DNA from: an uncultured Verrucomicrobiae bacterium
GTDB taxonomy: Bacteria > Verrucomicrobiota > Verrucomicrobiia > Limisphaerales > Palsa-1400
Length of the DNA: 64,000 nucleotides
Direction: 5' to 3'
Assembly: GCA_963764165.1 (NCBI GenBank)
Contig: CAVXRD010000002.1
Coordinates: 3,551,161 to 3,615,160 of the forward strand
The position numbers were made by a program, and so were the translations under genes. Positions 42,901 through 57,000 of this stretch are shown here, in pieces; position 1 is the first letter of the stretch, and every line of letters begins with the position of its first letter. The notes below the pieces were generated by a model, which saw nothing but the letters and a program-made list of their open reading frames with translations, was not told the DNA's origin and made no database searches.

Positions 42901-45900
42901 AGGAAGCCAGCGGATTATATAACCAGGGCCAGGCCTCCGTCCTCAATTCCATTTTTTGGAATAATTCGCTGACCTACAATTCGGGAACCAACGAACAACG
43001 CGCGCAGCTTTACAGCGCCGCCGGGAACGTCGATGTCGAGTTCTCATGCGTCGAGGGATGGAACCAATTGGCAGGCATCGACAATTTCGGGTACGACCCG
43101 CTCTTTCAAAACGCGCCCGCGGGAAATTTCCGACTGAGCACAAATTCTCCCGCGGCCGGAGTGGGCGAAACGGCATTCCTAGTGACGGCCACGGCGTCCG
43201 GAGACTTTGTCATCAGCTACGATTTGGCCGGCAATCCGCGCGTCGCGCACAACCTTGTCGATATCCATGGAGACAACCTTCAGGCGTATGAGGACAGTCC
43301 GCTGGACTTGGGGCCATATCAGACCGTTGGCGCCCAGGTGCTAACCGCGCCGCTGGTCCTCCTGCCGCCCGCTTCGCAAACCGTTTGCGATGGACAAACG
43401 GCCACTTTCACGGCGCAAACCGAAGACGGAGCGGGGACAGTTTCCTGGTCTTACAACATTGGCGCCGGGTGGGTGCCGCTGAACTTGCCGACGACAATTT
43501 CTGGCGTGAGGCATTATTTGTCTTCCGGGACCTTCGATCTGGTGGTTTCCAATGCGGGCATCGCGCTGAACGGCATCCAATATCAGGCGCAATTTAGCAG
43601 TGAGGGGGGATCCGCCGAGGATTATGCTGTCACTTTGACGGTCAATCCACCTTCGACAATTTATGTCGATGCCTCCGCGCCGCCCGGAGGTGATGGGAGC
43701 AGTTGGAAGAAAGCTTACAACGACCTCGCCACTGCTGTTGGCGCCGCCACTTTGTGTTCGCGCGTAATTTGGATGGAAGCCGGTGTTTACACGGCCGGTG
43801 GTGGCAACTCGTCCAGTAACGTCTATATTCCGGCCGGCATCCAGGTTTACGGCGGGTTCGCCAGCAACGAAACCAATCTCGCGCAACGCAACTGGCAAAC
43901 GAATTTGACACGCTTGAGCGGCATAAGTCTGGTGTTTAATCCGGACGCCCCGGTAATCAGCCGTGAGGAAACTACCATTGACGGGCTTTGCCTCGAGAAC
44001 TCCAGCACGGCTATTTCCATTTCAGGGGCAAGCCCGCTTATTCAGAACTGCCTGGTGCGCTCCAATTCAAATACCGGCATTCTGCTGCTGAACTCGAGCG
44101 CGGTGATCAGCAATTGCACCGTCACTGCCAATAGCGGACCGTCTGGAGGCGGGTTGGCCATTGAAACAACTCAACCGGAGCCAGCTCTTCCCGTGCTGGT
44201 GAATTCGAGGATCCAGGGAAATTCCGCCAGCCTGACAGGCGGCGGCGTGTATCTTTCGAGTTCTTCAAGCGCCAATTCTTTGCCTCGATTTGTCAATTGT
44301 GTCATCAGCGGCAATACCGCTCCAAACGGAGGCGGCGGAATCTACTCATTTGGGAGCGGGCTGAGCATGAGGAATTGCACCGTGGCCGGCAACTATGGAG
44401 CAGACGCGGCCTTTGGCGGAGGCGGAGGAATCGATGCGCAGAACAGCGAGATTTCCGTTCAAAATTCGATCTTATGGAAAAATGGCCCCGCCGGGACGAA
44501 TCTGGCGATGGCCCAGGCATTCGCTTACCAGTCGAGTGGAACAATTGTTAAATCTTGTGTTGAGGGCCTTGTGCAATTCGAGTCTTTCTCACCCGGAGGC
44601 GCTTATGGGACGTTTGTTATTGATCCCGGCGAGAACAGCAACCTGAATCCGCTATTCGCCAGCGATCTTGATCCGGCAAGCGTGGCAAGTGCCGCGGGCG
44701 ATTTCCATTTGCAGTCGTGCTCGCCCGTCATCGGCGCCGGCTTGAATTCGTGCCTAACCGGCCTGGCCGAATGGGGCGGCGGCTGCGCACCGGCGATTGA
44801 CAACCCTGTCAACTCCGCGGCGGCGGGCACAGGAGTGGATACGGATGGCAATCCGCGCGCGATTGGCGGACGCCTTGATCCTGGCGCATACGAATTTCAG
44901 GGAGTCGCCAGTCTGCAGTTGACGACGAGCGATCAATTGGCGGCGGACATTTCGTGCGCCACCATCCCGGCAACAATTAGTTTTACAGCCAGCGGTTTTG
45001 ACCTGGGTTACCAATGGGAAGTTTCCGCACCCGGCAGCGGGACGTTCGTCTCGTTGCAGGATGGCGTTACTTATTCGGGAACGACCAATTCTACCCTGGC
45101 CATCAACAACCCGGGTCCGACCCTTGACGGGTATCAGTACCGTTGCGTCGCTACCACCAGGGATGGATGTTCCGCGACTTCGGCGCCGCTGGTCTTCTCC
45201 TTCCCCATTCAACGCTGGTATGTGAATGCGACTAATTCCGCCACTGGCGATGGCACCACTTGGACGACGGCTTTCGCAAGCATCGAACAGGCGCTGGCCA
45301 ATCCGAACCTCATCCAATGCCAATCTGAAATCTGGGTTGCTGCCGGGACTTATGAGCCTTCCTACAATGTTCAACTTTTGCCTGGAGTCTCCCTTTATGG
45401 CGGATTCAGAGGGACGGAAACGAACCTGAGTCAGCGTAATTGGCAGGTCCATCCGACGATTATAACTGGCAACAACGGGATTTTGGCGCATGGGGACTCT
45501 GACAACTGCCGTTTTGATGGACTCGTCATTACGGCTGACGCTGTTGGTATTCAGATTTCCCGTGGCGCGGCTCCGGTCATCGCCAATTGTATATTTAGCA
45601 ATATTCAGTACAATTTGAGCACTGGCCTGACAATTGATAACTCGAGCGCGCTGGTGACGAACTGCGTCTTCACCGGCATTGGGTATCTTAACACCCAGCC
45701 CGGTTACGCCGGACAGGCAACCCTTAGCCAAGACAGCGCTGTCACTTACATCGATTGCCGCTTCGACCTTAATCCATGGCAATGCGTATCGGTGGACGCA
45801 GGCAACGTCACGGTAAATCGCTGCCAATTCGCCGGAAACAGTTGGGGCTGCGTGGCCATTTCCGGTGGCGCAACCATGCTGGTGGAAGACAGTCTGTTCA

Positions 45901-48010
45901 GCGGCAATGCCACCACCATCGGCGTTTTGGGATGTTTTGGCGGCAGCCTGGATATTCGCAACTGCACAATTACTGGCAATCATGGCGGATCATCAGGCGT
46001 GGCGATTTACAATGAGAGCGATGTTTCCGTCTATAATTCGATTCTTTGGAACAATTTGTCAGACCAATTTGGCTACACTGAAGCCGGCAATGTTTTCGGC
46101 CCGGTCAATATCGCGCAAAACAACTGCGTGCAGGGCCGCGGTGGCAACACTGCCTTCCCCGATTCAAACGGGAACATCAGCGACGATCCCTTGTTTGTGC
46201 AAGCGATTGCCGCGGCGACCGCGCCAACCCTTGCGGGCGACTTTCATCTCACGCCCGTTTCTCCGACAATTGACGCGGGAAGCAACTCGTTTGTTGTTTC
46301 TGGTTTGGACCTTGACCAATTGCCGCGCGAAGTGGGAACGGTGGACATTGGAGCATATGAGTATCAATATGCCCCTGACACGCCCATAGCGTTTACGATC
46401 CAGCCGGTGCCCGTCAATTATTGCCCGACCGCGTCAAACTATTTCCAAATCGCGACCACGGAGAGCGGATTAATTTATCAATGGCAGGTCAACCGTCAAG
46501 ACGGAGCGGGTTTTGTCGCGGTGTCAAACGATGTCAATCATATCGGCGCAACGACGCCGGTGCTGGTGATCACGAACGCCACGCCCAACCTCAATGGATG
46601 GCAATATCGCTGCGCCGTGACCAGCGGCAACTGGACCACTTATTCCAGCGCCGCGACATTGACGGTATATCCCTCGGTTGTTTTCGTGAACGCGGCGGCG
46701 ACGCCGGGCGGCAATGGATTTTCATGGGCGAGCGCCTTCCAAGGCCTCGGTCAAGCCCTGGCGGTTCCGGGGAATCGATGTGGCGAACAGATTTGGGTCG
46801 CTGATGGCTCGTACGCGGCCCCCAACGGGAGTAATCTGTCGGTTCCAATTATCGGCGGCTTTGCCGGAACTGAAACAAACATTTCCCAGCGCAGCCTCTC
46901 GAACCCGCGCAGCGTGCTGACGGGAGGTTCGATTGCAGCCAGTTCGTTGATCGATGGGTTTGCCTTCAATGGCACGCAAATCCAATGCGTCAACAGCGCC
47001 ACGTTCTTTAATTGCTCATTTTCCAACAGCGCGGGAGCCTTGACCGCGTCGGGGCCTAACTCTGACAATTTGGCGTCCATTACAGTTTCCAACTGCCTCT
47101 TCAATAATAATTCTGTGGCGATGAACGCTGGAGAAGGCTGTCAAATTACCCAATGTTCGTTTATCAGCAATGGCGTTGCAGTCGAGATTCTCGGAAACCC
47201 AACCTTTGCACATCCATTGCAGGTGGACCGTTCCATTTTTCAGGCAAATACCGGCGGCGCGATAGTTGACTCGACAGACAATCCGACAATCACCGATTCG
47301 CTCATCACCGGCAACTCGACAGGCATCTCCCTCCAATACGGCACCTTAACGGTTCGCAATTCAACGATTGCCGGCAATATCGACGGCGTCCAGTTGGAAG
47401 AGGCGAGCGCCAATTTCTATAATACCGTTGTGTGGAACAACGGCCAAATCTCCCCATCATCCCCTGTCGCTCCCATTTACCAACTCGACGATTCCATCGT
47501 TCAAGGGATTGCTGGCGCCGATCCTTTGTTCATGCAACCGATCGACCCGGCTCAGACGCCGACGACTTCGGGCAATTTTGCTCCGTCACCCTGTTCGCCG
47601 CTGATCAATGGCGGCGATCCGGCGGCGGCCGGGTCTGATACCGTGGACATCGCGGGCCAATCGCGATTCAATAATGGCCTGGTGGATATTGGCGCTTACG
47701 AATTCCAGGGAACCAACCCTGCTCCATCCCTGAGCTTCGTCCAATCGCCCGCCTCGCAGTTGGCGAATGAAAGCTATCCAGCCGTCTTTTCTGTTGTTCC
47801 GAGCCGGGCTGTCACATCCTATCAATGGCAACGCCTCGCGGCGGGCGCGGCGCTCTTCACCAATCTTGCCGACGGCGGCAATTTCACCGGCAGCCAAACC
47901 GCCTCGCTCACGGTTTCCAATGTGACGGCGGCGCTGGGAGGCGATCAATATCGCTGCGTGGTCACGTCGTCGGAAGGATGCGAGCTATACTCGTCCGCGG
48001 CGGAGCTGAT
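22875..48010 (+). repeat. Array of 16 right-handed beta-helix modules (Pmp/choice-of-anchor-Q-like), linked by Ig-like domains from module 2 onward
   Basis: Heads (Y/F)V(N/Q/D)..G..W..A..L near 22880, 25360, 26950, 28295, 29830, 31360, 32890, 34420, 35720, 37410, 38955, 40485, 42030, 43660, 45220, 46680. Each ends in a D..G.PR...D.G(A/P)YE-like cap followed by a QWQ-type Ig domain. Confidence 0.85.
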
Positions 48011-51000
48011 CTATGGCCTGACATTAGCGCAGGCCCTCGAAGCGCCCGGCCTTGTTTTCTCCAACAGCGGCAATGCAATTTGGTTTGGCGAAACGAATGT
48101 CACTTATGACGGCATCGCCGCCGCGCAAAGTGGCGCTATTACTGGTTCCGGCCAAAGCATTATGCAAACGACCGTGACAGGACCTGCCACCGTTTCTTTC
48201 TGGTGGAAGATCTCCGGCGAATCGGATCTGATTTTCTATCTTGACGGACAGTTGGCGGACAATGTTTATAACGTATCTGGCTGGCAGCAGGTAAAGCTCA
48301 ATATTGCCTCGGGTCCTCACACGCTGGAATGGGTTTACTCTCAAAACTACAACTATGCCCTGGTATCCAACGCCGCCTGGGTGGCTGACTTGGTCGTCAC
48401 TCCCAATCCGTTCATTTCCGTCCAGCCTTCCAGCGAGACCGTTCCTGCCGGCGGGACGGCTCTCTTTACCGCGTATGCTTCTGGCGCTAGTCCTTTCGCT
48501 TATCAATGGTCGTTCAATGGCACAGTTATTCCGGACGCGACATCTTCCACCTACTCGATAACGCCGGCTCAATCAGCCAATGCCGGTGATTACTCTGTCC
48601 AGGTAGGAAACAGCCTGGGCACGAATACAAGCTCCAATGTGACTCTGTCCGTTACCTCCTCACTGGCCCAGGCCCTGAGCACCTCGGGCTTGACCTGGCA
48701 GACTGGAGGAAACACCGATTGGTTCACAGAAGGCTCAATTACCTACGGAACCAATACCTACGCCGCTCAATCCGGGAATATTTCGAGCAATCAGCAAAGT
48801 TGGATGGAAACCACCATAACCGGCCCCGGAACACTCTCGTTCTGGTGGAAAGTTTCCTCGGCAGCCAATCACGGCCTGCTGGAACTTTCCCTCAACGGCG
48901 TTTCCACCAACGCCATTTCCGGCGAAGTCGATTGGCAGCCGGTCAGCATTCATTTGGGGCCGGCCGTTTATGATTTGCGTTGGACGTATCAGAAGGATGG
49001 CGCCCCGCCATCCGGGACGGACGCCGCATGGGTTGACCAAGTCGGTTTCGTCATCGACGCCAACACTTACATTGCTGTCACATCAACGGCGGACAGCGGC
49101 CGCGGCACTTTGCGACAGGCATTGTTGGATAGCAGCCTCATTTCCGTGCCCACTGTTATTGATGCCACTGGCGTTTCCGGCAGCATTTCCCTCCTCAGCA
49201 TGCTGCCGATGATTACCAACAGCGTGATCATCAATGGCCCCGGCGCGTCCAATCTCACGATCAGTGGCAATCAAAGCAATCGAATCTTCTTCATCAATGC
49301 CCCGGGGCAAACCGTCGCCGTCAATCAGTTGACTTTGTCCAACGGCTTTGCCCAGGGCGGCAATGGCGGATTCGGCGGCGGTGGCGGGGGCGCTGGTCTC
49401 GGTGGCGCAATGCTCATTAACGCGGGTGATGTTACCGTTTCGGGCGTCGCTTTTGTCAGCAATAGTGCCGCGGGTGGCAATGGCGGCTCGACTATCCTCA
49501 ATCCTGACACCTACCCCTCCGGGGTCGTCGGCGGCGGTGGTGGCGGACTGGGAGGCAACGGCGGCAATTACGATGGCGGCGCGGGTGGCGGTGGGGGGTT
49601 TGCCGGTAATGGCGGAAATGGCTATGGACCCGGCGGCGGCGGCGGTGGATTTGAGGGCAATGGCGGCGACGGCAACTACGGCAGCGGTGGAGGCGGCGGC
49701 GGACTCACCGACGGTCAATCCGGTTCAAATGCAAACTACGGGAGCGGCAGTTCGGGCGGAGTGGACGGCGGGAATGGTGGAACGTATACCGCTTCTGGCA
49801 GTAATGGAGAAATATTTGGCGGCGGCGGAGGCGCTGGGTCAGGTGTCGGTGGGGGCGGCGGAGAATTTGGCGGCGGTGGCGGGGGCGCGGGTGGAAGCGG
49901 CGGCGCGTCTGGCGATTTCGGCGGCGGAGGTGGAGGCGACGACTACCAAAACGGTGATAACGGCGGGAATGCCAGCGGTTTAGGCGGCGGTGGAGGCGCT
50001 GGGTATATTGGCGGTCAAGGCGCCTTCGGTGGTGGTGGCGGAAGTTCTGCCGGGAATGCTCCCGCTGGAAGTGTGGCGTTCGGTGGCACGGCAGAATACT
50101 CCTACAGCGGCGGTGGAGGAGGAGCGGCCCTCGGCGCGGCCGTGTTTGTACGGAGTGACAATGGTGCGTCGCTCCACGGTATTGACGTCACTTTTGATTC
50201 TGGTTCGCTTACTCCGGGTACCGGAGGAACCGGGATCTATGGTGACCCGGGAACATCCGGCGGCTCGGCGGGCAGCTCGCTCTTCTTGCTTGGCGGCACA
50301 AATACCCTGACGGTGAACGCCGGTCTCACGAATACAATAGCCGGAAGTATCGGCGGATGGGACGGTTCGCCTGGCCTTCTCATCAAGGACGGACTCGGCA
50401 CTCTGATTTGCGGAACAGCCAACGGCCTGCAAGGCGAAGTTCAGCTTGTCGCCGGCGCGCTGCTACTCAACGGCAGTGATCCCAACACTTCCATCACAGT
50501 CAATAGTGGCACAGCTCTCACCGCCAATGGACGGCTTGCCTTCAGCAATCTGGTCTGGTCCGGCAGCGGTTCTTATAGTTGGAATTTCCGCAATGCAACA
50601 GCATCCGCAGGCACGGGTTATGATTCGCTCGATCTCAGCGGAACTCTGGACGTTTCCGCCGCCACAAATTTTGCCATCAACGTGTTGACTCCATCCGGCG
50701 GTACGGCCAACTTTGTCAGTACGACGCCGGGGTGGTGGACATTAGTCCAGACCACGAAAGGAGTTTTAGGGTTCAATCCCGCCAACTTTGACATTATCAC
50801 TAATGGCCCGGGCACCGGCCAGTTCACTTTGATTCTGTCCTCCGATAGCAACAGCCTGATCCTGAACTATGCGGCGCCGCAGACCATTTCGTTTTCATCC
50901 AACGGCCCGATAACACTTGGCTCCGTTCCCCTTTCGCTGCAAGCCACTGCTTCATCTGGTTTGCCGGTGCAATTCTCGCTGGTGTCCGGCCCGGCAACTC

Positions 51001-54000
51001 TAGCAAATGGCATTCTAACAATCACGGGCGCTGGAATAATCCAGGTTGTCGCCACTCAACCGGGCAACTCGAATTACCTGGCCGCCAGCAACGTTGAGCA
51101 ATTCATCAACGTCCAGCCTGCCGCGCCCGTCATCACGTGGTCGGCGCCCGCCGCCATCAATTACGGAACGGCGCTAGGCCCGGATCAATTGGATGCCTCA
51201 GCCAGCGTGCCGGGCAGCTTCAGTTATAGTCCAACCGCCGGAACCGTTCTCGATGTCGGTTCCTACACACTGAATGTGACGTTTACTCCCAGCAACACCA
51301 CCAATTATCTAACCACTAACGCCAGCGTGCCTTTGTTGGTCCAGCAAAGTGCGGAAACGATCAGCTTCGGCGCGTTGCCGAATCACGTCTATGGCGATTC
51401 ACCCCTGACGCTCAGCGCATCGAGTTCCACCGGCCTGCCGGTAAGTTTCAGTGTTGTTTCCGGCCCGGCCAGTCTTTCCGGCAATGTTTTGACCCTGCTT
51501 GGCGCGGGCGCGGTCACGGTGCAAGCATCGCAAGCGGGCAGCGCGGAATATGCGGCGGCCGGGAGCGTCACGCATACTTTCAATGTCGCTCCAGCGCTGC
51601 TGGTGGTTACTGCCAGCGATTACACCCGCGCCTACGGGCAAACCAATCCAATCCTGACTGGCACCGTGACGGGATTGCAAAACGGCGATATCATCACTGC
51701 TTCATTCAGCACCGCCGCCACGAGCTCGAGTTACGTGGGTGGCTATGGAATCGTTCCGACGCTCAACGATCCGGGCCAGCGCCTGCCTGACTATGTCATC
51801 ACAACGAATACGGGAACTCTCACAATAATCAAAGCAACGCAGCAAATTGTCACTAATCAATTCACGAATCAGATTGTTTTTGGCCAGTCAATCCCTCTGA
51901 TTGCCCAACCGACCTCCGGCGGGCCCATGTACCTTGTCATTACGGAACCATTCGTGGGCGGATCCTACACTTATACAAACGAACTATTCCCGCCCGCGTT
52001 CAGTAATCTTTTTACCCCGAGCGGCGCGGGAACTGTCACCATCCGGGCTTATCAACCCGGAACGGACGAATATCTTGGCGTTACGAATGACCCGGAGATT
52101 TTCACCGTGGCTCGGTTCACGCCCGCCATTGTTTGGACCAACCCCGCGCCAATCACTTACGGCGCGTTGCTCAGCCCGCTTCAGCTTAACGCCGAAGCTT
52201 ATGGCGTGGAGACGCCGATCGGAGGGAATTTTGCGTATAATCCGACCAATGACACGGTTCTTAGTGGTGGGATAAACAACATGTTCCTCACCTTCACTCC
52301 ATATGACACCAATGACTACAACTCCGCGGTGGCCAGCGTCACTCTCGATGTGCTCCCGGCGTCTCAGAGCATCACGTTTAACCAAATCGATTACCCGGGG
52401 TACGGCGCCGCCCCGATCACGTTGTATGCTTATTCCTCCTCGGGGCTGCCGGTAAGTCTTCAACTTGTCTCGGGTCCTGCTCAACTCGTGGGAAACACTC
52501 TTACTCCGACAGGCGCGGGGACTGTTACAGTGTCAGCCTCGCAAGGTGGCAATCAAAACTACAGTGCTGCCATTCCTGTCACCCAATCCGTGGTCATCCA
52601 GCCTTCATTCATTTGGGCGCCTAATCCGCTTTCATATCCGGCGGCCCTGGGTCCGCAGCAGCTCAACGCCCGGGTAAATTTCCCAGGCACAATCGTCTAT
52701 AATCCTCCCGCCGGCACCGTTCTGCATCCGGGAAACTATTCGCTGGTGGCGGCTTTCTATCCCGCCGGAAATGGAAATTCCACTTTCTCCGCCACCAACT
52801 CAATCGAAGTTTACAAGGGAATCCAGACCATAACTCTCGGAGCTATCCCGGACCAAATCCTCGGCGCTTCGCCGGTTCCGCTCGTCGCCACCACAAGCTC
52901 AGGGTTGCCGATTACATTTGGCGTCTCCGGCCCTGGCTTCCTATCCAACAACTTTGTCGTGGCAACGAACGCGGGAGTGGTTATCGTAACGGCCACACAA
53001 GCCGGTGATAGCGACTATTATAACGCCAGCGCCCAGACGGGATTCAACGCTTATCAGCCTCTGTCAATAAATTGGACAAATCCGGCGCCAATCACTTACG
53101 GCACTCCTATTCACACGGGGAACTTCTCCCAGCTTAACGCGACGGCGAACGTCTCCGGCTCGTTTAATTACACCCCGGGGGATGGAACGATCCTCAATGC
53201 CGGCACTAACACGCTCACGGCCATCTTTAGCCCGGTTAATCCCGTTTACGGGACCGTGACGTCCACTGTTCAGCAGGTTGTTTTCAAGGCCGACCAGCAG
53301 GTTGGCTTTCTCGATCATTTCTACAACGAACAATACGGCAGCGCGCCGTTCGCCGTCAGCACCTATGTAGGGCAGCCGAATTCCGGGTTGTCCGTGGTGT
53401 TGTCCGCGACAGGCCCCGCCTCCTTTGCCGGGCCAAACCTGGTTGTTACAGGGACCGGTTTGGTAACCGTCACGGCTACTCTGCCGGGCAACAACAATTA
53501 CAACTCGGCGGTCGCGCAGGCCAGCTTTGCAGTGGAACCAATGCCGACTTACGTAACCTGGGACAATAGTTTTTCACCATTGGCTTACGGCGTTCCGTTG
53601 CCAACGAACCTGTTCAATGCGAATGGTTACCTCTACACTCAAGTCAATCCTATTGATGGAACATTCGTCTATACTCCGCCGGCCGGAACAGTTCTGCCTG
53701 TCGGCACGAACTCGCTCATTGCTCAATTCACCCCCGCCGATACCAATTACGCGATTTCATTCGCCACGAATCAGATCGTCGTTCAGTCCGAGAGCCAAAC
53801 GATCACTTTCACCCCTATTCCCAACTTCCAGAGTGCCAACACCGTCCTGATAATGAGCGCGACAGCTTCCTCCGGTCTTGACGTAACTTTCAGCGTCGTT
53901 TCCGGCAACGCCACTAACAACGGCGATGAGCTTTATCTCTTGGGCACGGGTTTGGTCACGGTCGAAGCATCCCAGGCAGGCAATAGCATCATTGGCGCCG

Positions 54001-57000
54001 CTGCCGTCCAACAGACCTTCTCCGTTGGCCCGCCGCTAATCACCGTCACGGTCAGCAACGCCACCCGCTTTTTCGGCCAAACAAACCAGACCTTCACGGG
54101 TGAGTTGCTCGGCGTCATTGCGGGGGATGACATCGGAGCCTCATATAATGCTGTGGTCCCGCCGGATCCAACCATCCCCGATACTTATGACTTAGCTTTT
54201 GGCGTCGGCGGTGACGGGCCGGGCCTGCTCCAAAGTCCCGAAAACATCGCCACCGACGCCTACGGCAACATTTACGTCGTCAACTACAATCGGGCTGCCG
54301 GATTCACCAATTGGATCGAAGAATTTGATCGTTATGGCAACTACATTGCCCAATTCGGCTCGCTCCCCGGAGAGTTGCAATATCCAGCGGAGATCGGGCT
54401 GGACTCCGGCGGGAATCTCTATGTTGCCGACTTCTACGCCAATCGCATCGTTAAATTCGACACGGCCGGAAACTTTATCACCAATTGGCCGGCTGTGTCC
54501 CCCTACGGCTTGGCGGTGGCAAATTCCAGCGTTTATGTGCCGGAATTGTACAACGGCATAGCGCAATTCGACCTGGACGGCAATATTATCAGGACAATTA
54601 ACATTGGAGTCGGATATAACACCAGCCTTGCCATCGATACCAATGGAAATTTTTACCTCAGCGGTGAAGTCGTTGGTAGCTTCGACTCGAATGGAAATTT
54701 TCTCCATCTCTTCCGCCTGCCTTCTACCGTTACGCCTAACGGATACTTTGCGAATGGAATCTGTGTCGGAAACGATGGCTACATCTATATCCCGGATAGT
54801 CAGTACAATCGTATCCTGAAGTTCGATACCAACGCCAATTTCCTCGCCAGTTGGAATGGAGATTTCGGGGCCACAGGTCCTTATGGTGTCGTTCAGTCGC
54901 CTTTGGGTCAAATTGTGGTCGCCGCGCCGTCGCTGGATCAAGTGCAAGTATTCTCCCCGCCGCCCGGCTCGCCGGTCACCGCCTCGACACCTGTCGGAAC
55001 ATATCCAATCGTCCCCTCTTTGATTAACCCGGATGGCAGCTTAACCAACTACCTCCTTCTCGTGACCAACGGAACCCTGACGATCGAACTGATACCGCAA
55101 ACGATTTCCTTTGCTCCAATTGGAGACCAAACCGTCGGCGCCAATCCCATTACTTTGACCGCCTCGTCGGACAGCGGTCTTTCTGTGACATTCAGCGTGA
55201 CATCCGGCCCCGCCACCCTTTCCAGCAATGTGCTAACCTTGACGGGTGCTGGAAACGTCATTGTTGAAGCGGACCAACTGGGCGACACAAACTACGCCCC
55301 GGCTACTCCCGCGATTCAATCATTTTTCGTCCGCACCGTTCCAACGCTAACATGGAATCCCGGCACGATACATTCCGGCATGACTTTAGGCGCTGACCAA
55401 CTTGATGCCGCCGCTTCAGTTCCGGGATCCTTCTCCTACACGCCACCTCTGGGCGCAATCGTCTCCACCGGCGCCAACTCGTTGGCGGTCCAGTTTACGC
55501 CAACGGACTCCGTCGATTACACGAACGCGTCGCTTTCGATCACCCTGGACGCTCTGCCGCCATTGCAAACCCCAACCGCCACCAACCAAGTGTTGACCGA
55601 TATAGGCGGCACTTCGCTGCCTGTGACGCTGACCGGCGGCGATCCAGATGAGGATTCGTTGACCTTTGCCATTGTCACTCAACCTGCCAACGGTAACCTG
55701 ACTGGCACGGCACCCAACATTGTTTATACGCCGAACGCCGGTTTTGCGGGCAACGACGCGTTTACATTTGAAGTCTTGGACGGCCCAAGCAATTCTCCGC
55801 CAGCCACCATTTCCATAGACACCCTTTTCGCTCCAGCGTCGGTCACCCTCCCAGCCAGCGACATCACCAGCAATGCCGCAACCCTAAATGGCGCCGCCAA
55901 TCCCGAATTTGCCGATACCCAGGTATATTTCTTATACGGCCCAACCCAATCCTATGGAAGCGCCACTCAGCCAATGGATATCGGCGCCGGGACAAACTTG
56001 GTTGCCGTGACAAACCGCGTTTGCGGCGTGACCTCCGACTCGATCTATCATTATCAATTGGTCGCCTCCAATATTGCCGGCGTTACTTATGGTGGTGACA
56101 AAGTATTCGTTCCCATCAGTAGCGCAATTATTGCCACCACCGAGGCGGCAACCGGCATTGGATTTAACAGCGCCACTCTTAATGGCAGTGTTCAACCCAG
56201 TATTACTCCGGCGGCCGTCTTCTTCGAGTATGGAACCGATACAAACTACGGCTTGGATACCACCACCAATTACTATTCTGACTTCTTCACCGCCCTGGCT
56301 TTCGACGGCGTTGATCAATATGCCGCCGTCGCGCAACCGAACGTTCCCGTCGGCGACTCGCCTTACACGATCGAAGCGCGGATCAATCCAGTCTCGATGG
56401 GCACCGAAGGAATCATTGGTTGGGGCGAATTCGGCAATGGCAATGCTGTCAACGCCTTTCGCCTGACCGATTCTGGATTGATTAATTACTGGTGGGGCAA
56501 CGATTTGACAGTCAATACCCCCGATTTGTCCGGTTCATGGCATCATGTCGCGGTTACGTTCGATGGAAATACTCGCACGATCTACCTCGATGGTGTGGCT
56601 CTCGGCTCCGATAATCCTGGCACTGGTCACGCTGTCGATGACTCAAATCTCAATATCGGCGTCACCGATTTCGGCGAATTCTTCAACGGGGCGATTGGCG
56701 AAGTCCGCGTTTGGAACACGGCCCTTCCGCAATCCACTATTCAAGCGTGGATGAATAGCACGTTGTCTCCGGCCCATCCTTATTTTGCTCAGTTACAGGC
56801 CTGGTGGCCGATGAACGAAGGTTCTGGCGATACTATTATCGACCAAAGTGGCAACGGGAACAACGGCACTCTCATGAATGGACTGCAATGGACGAATATC
56901 GCCCGAACCGCTTGGCCCGTTGCGGCCTACACCAGCAATCTGCTGGCTGGCACTACCTATCACTATCGGTTGGCGGCGCTTGGTCAGTCCAGCTCGGCTT

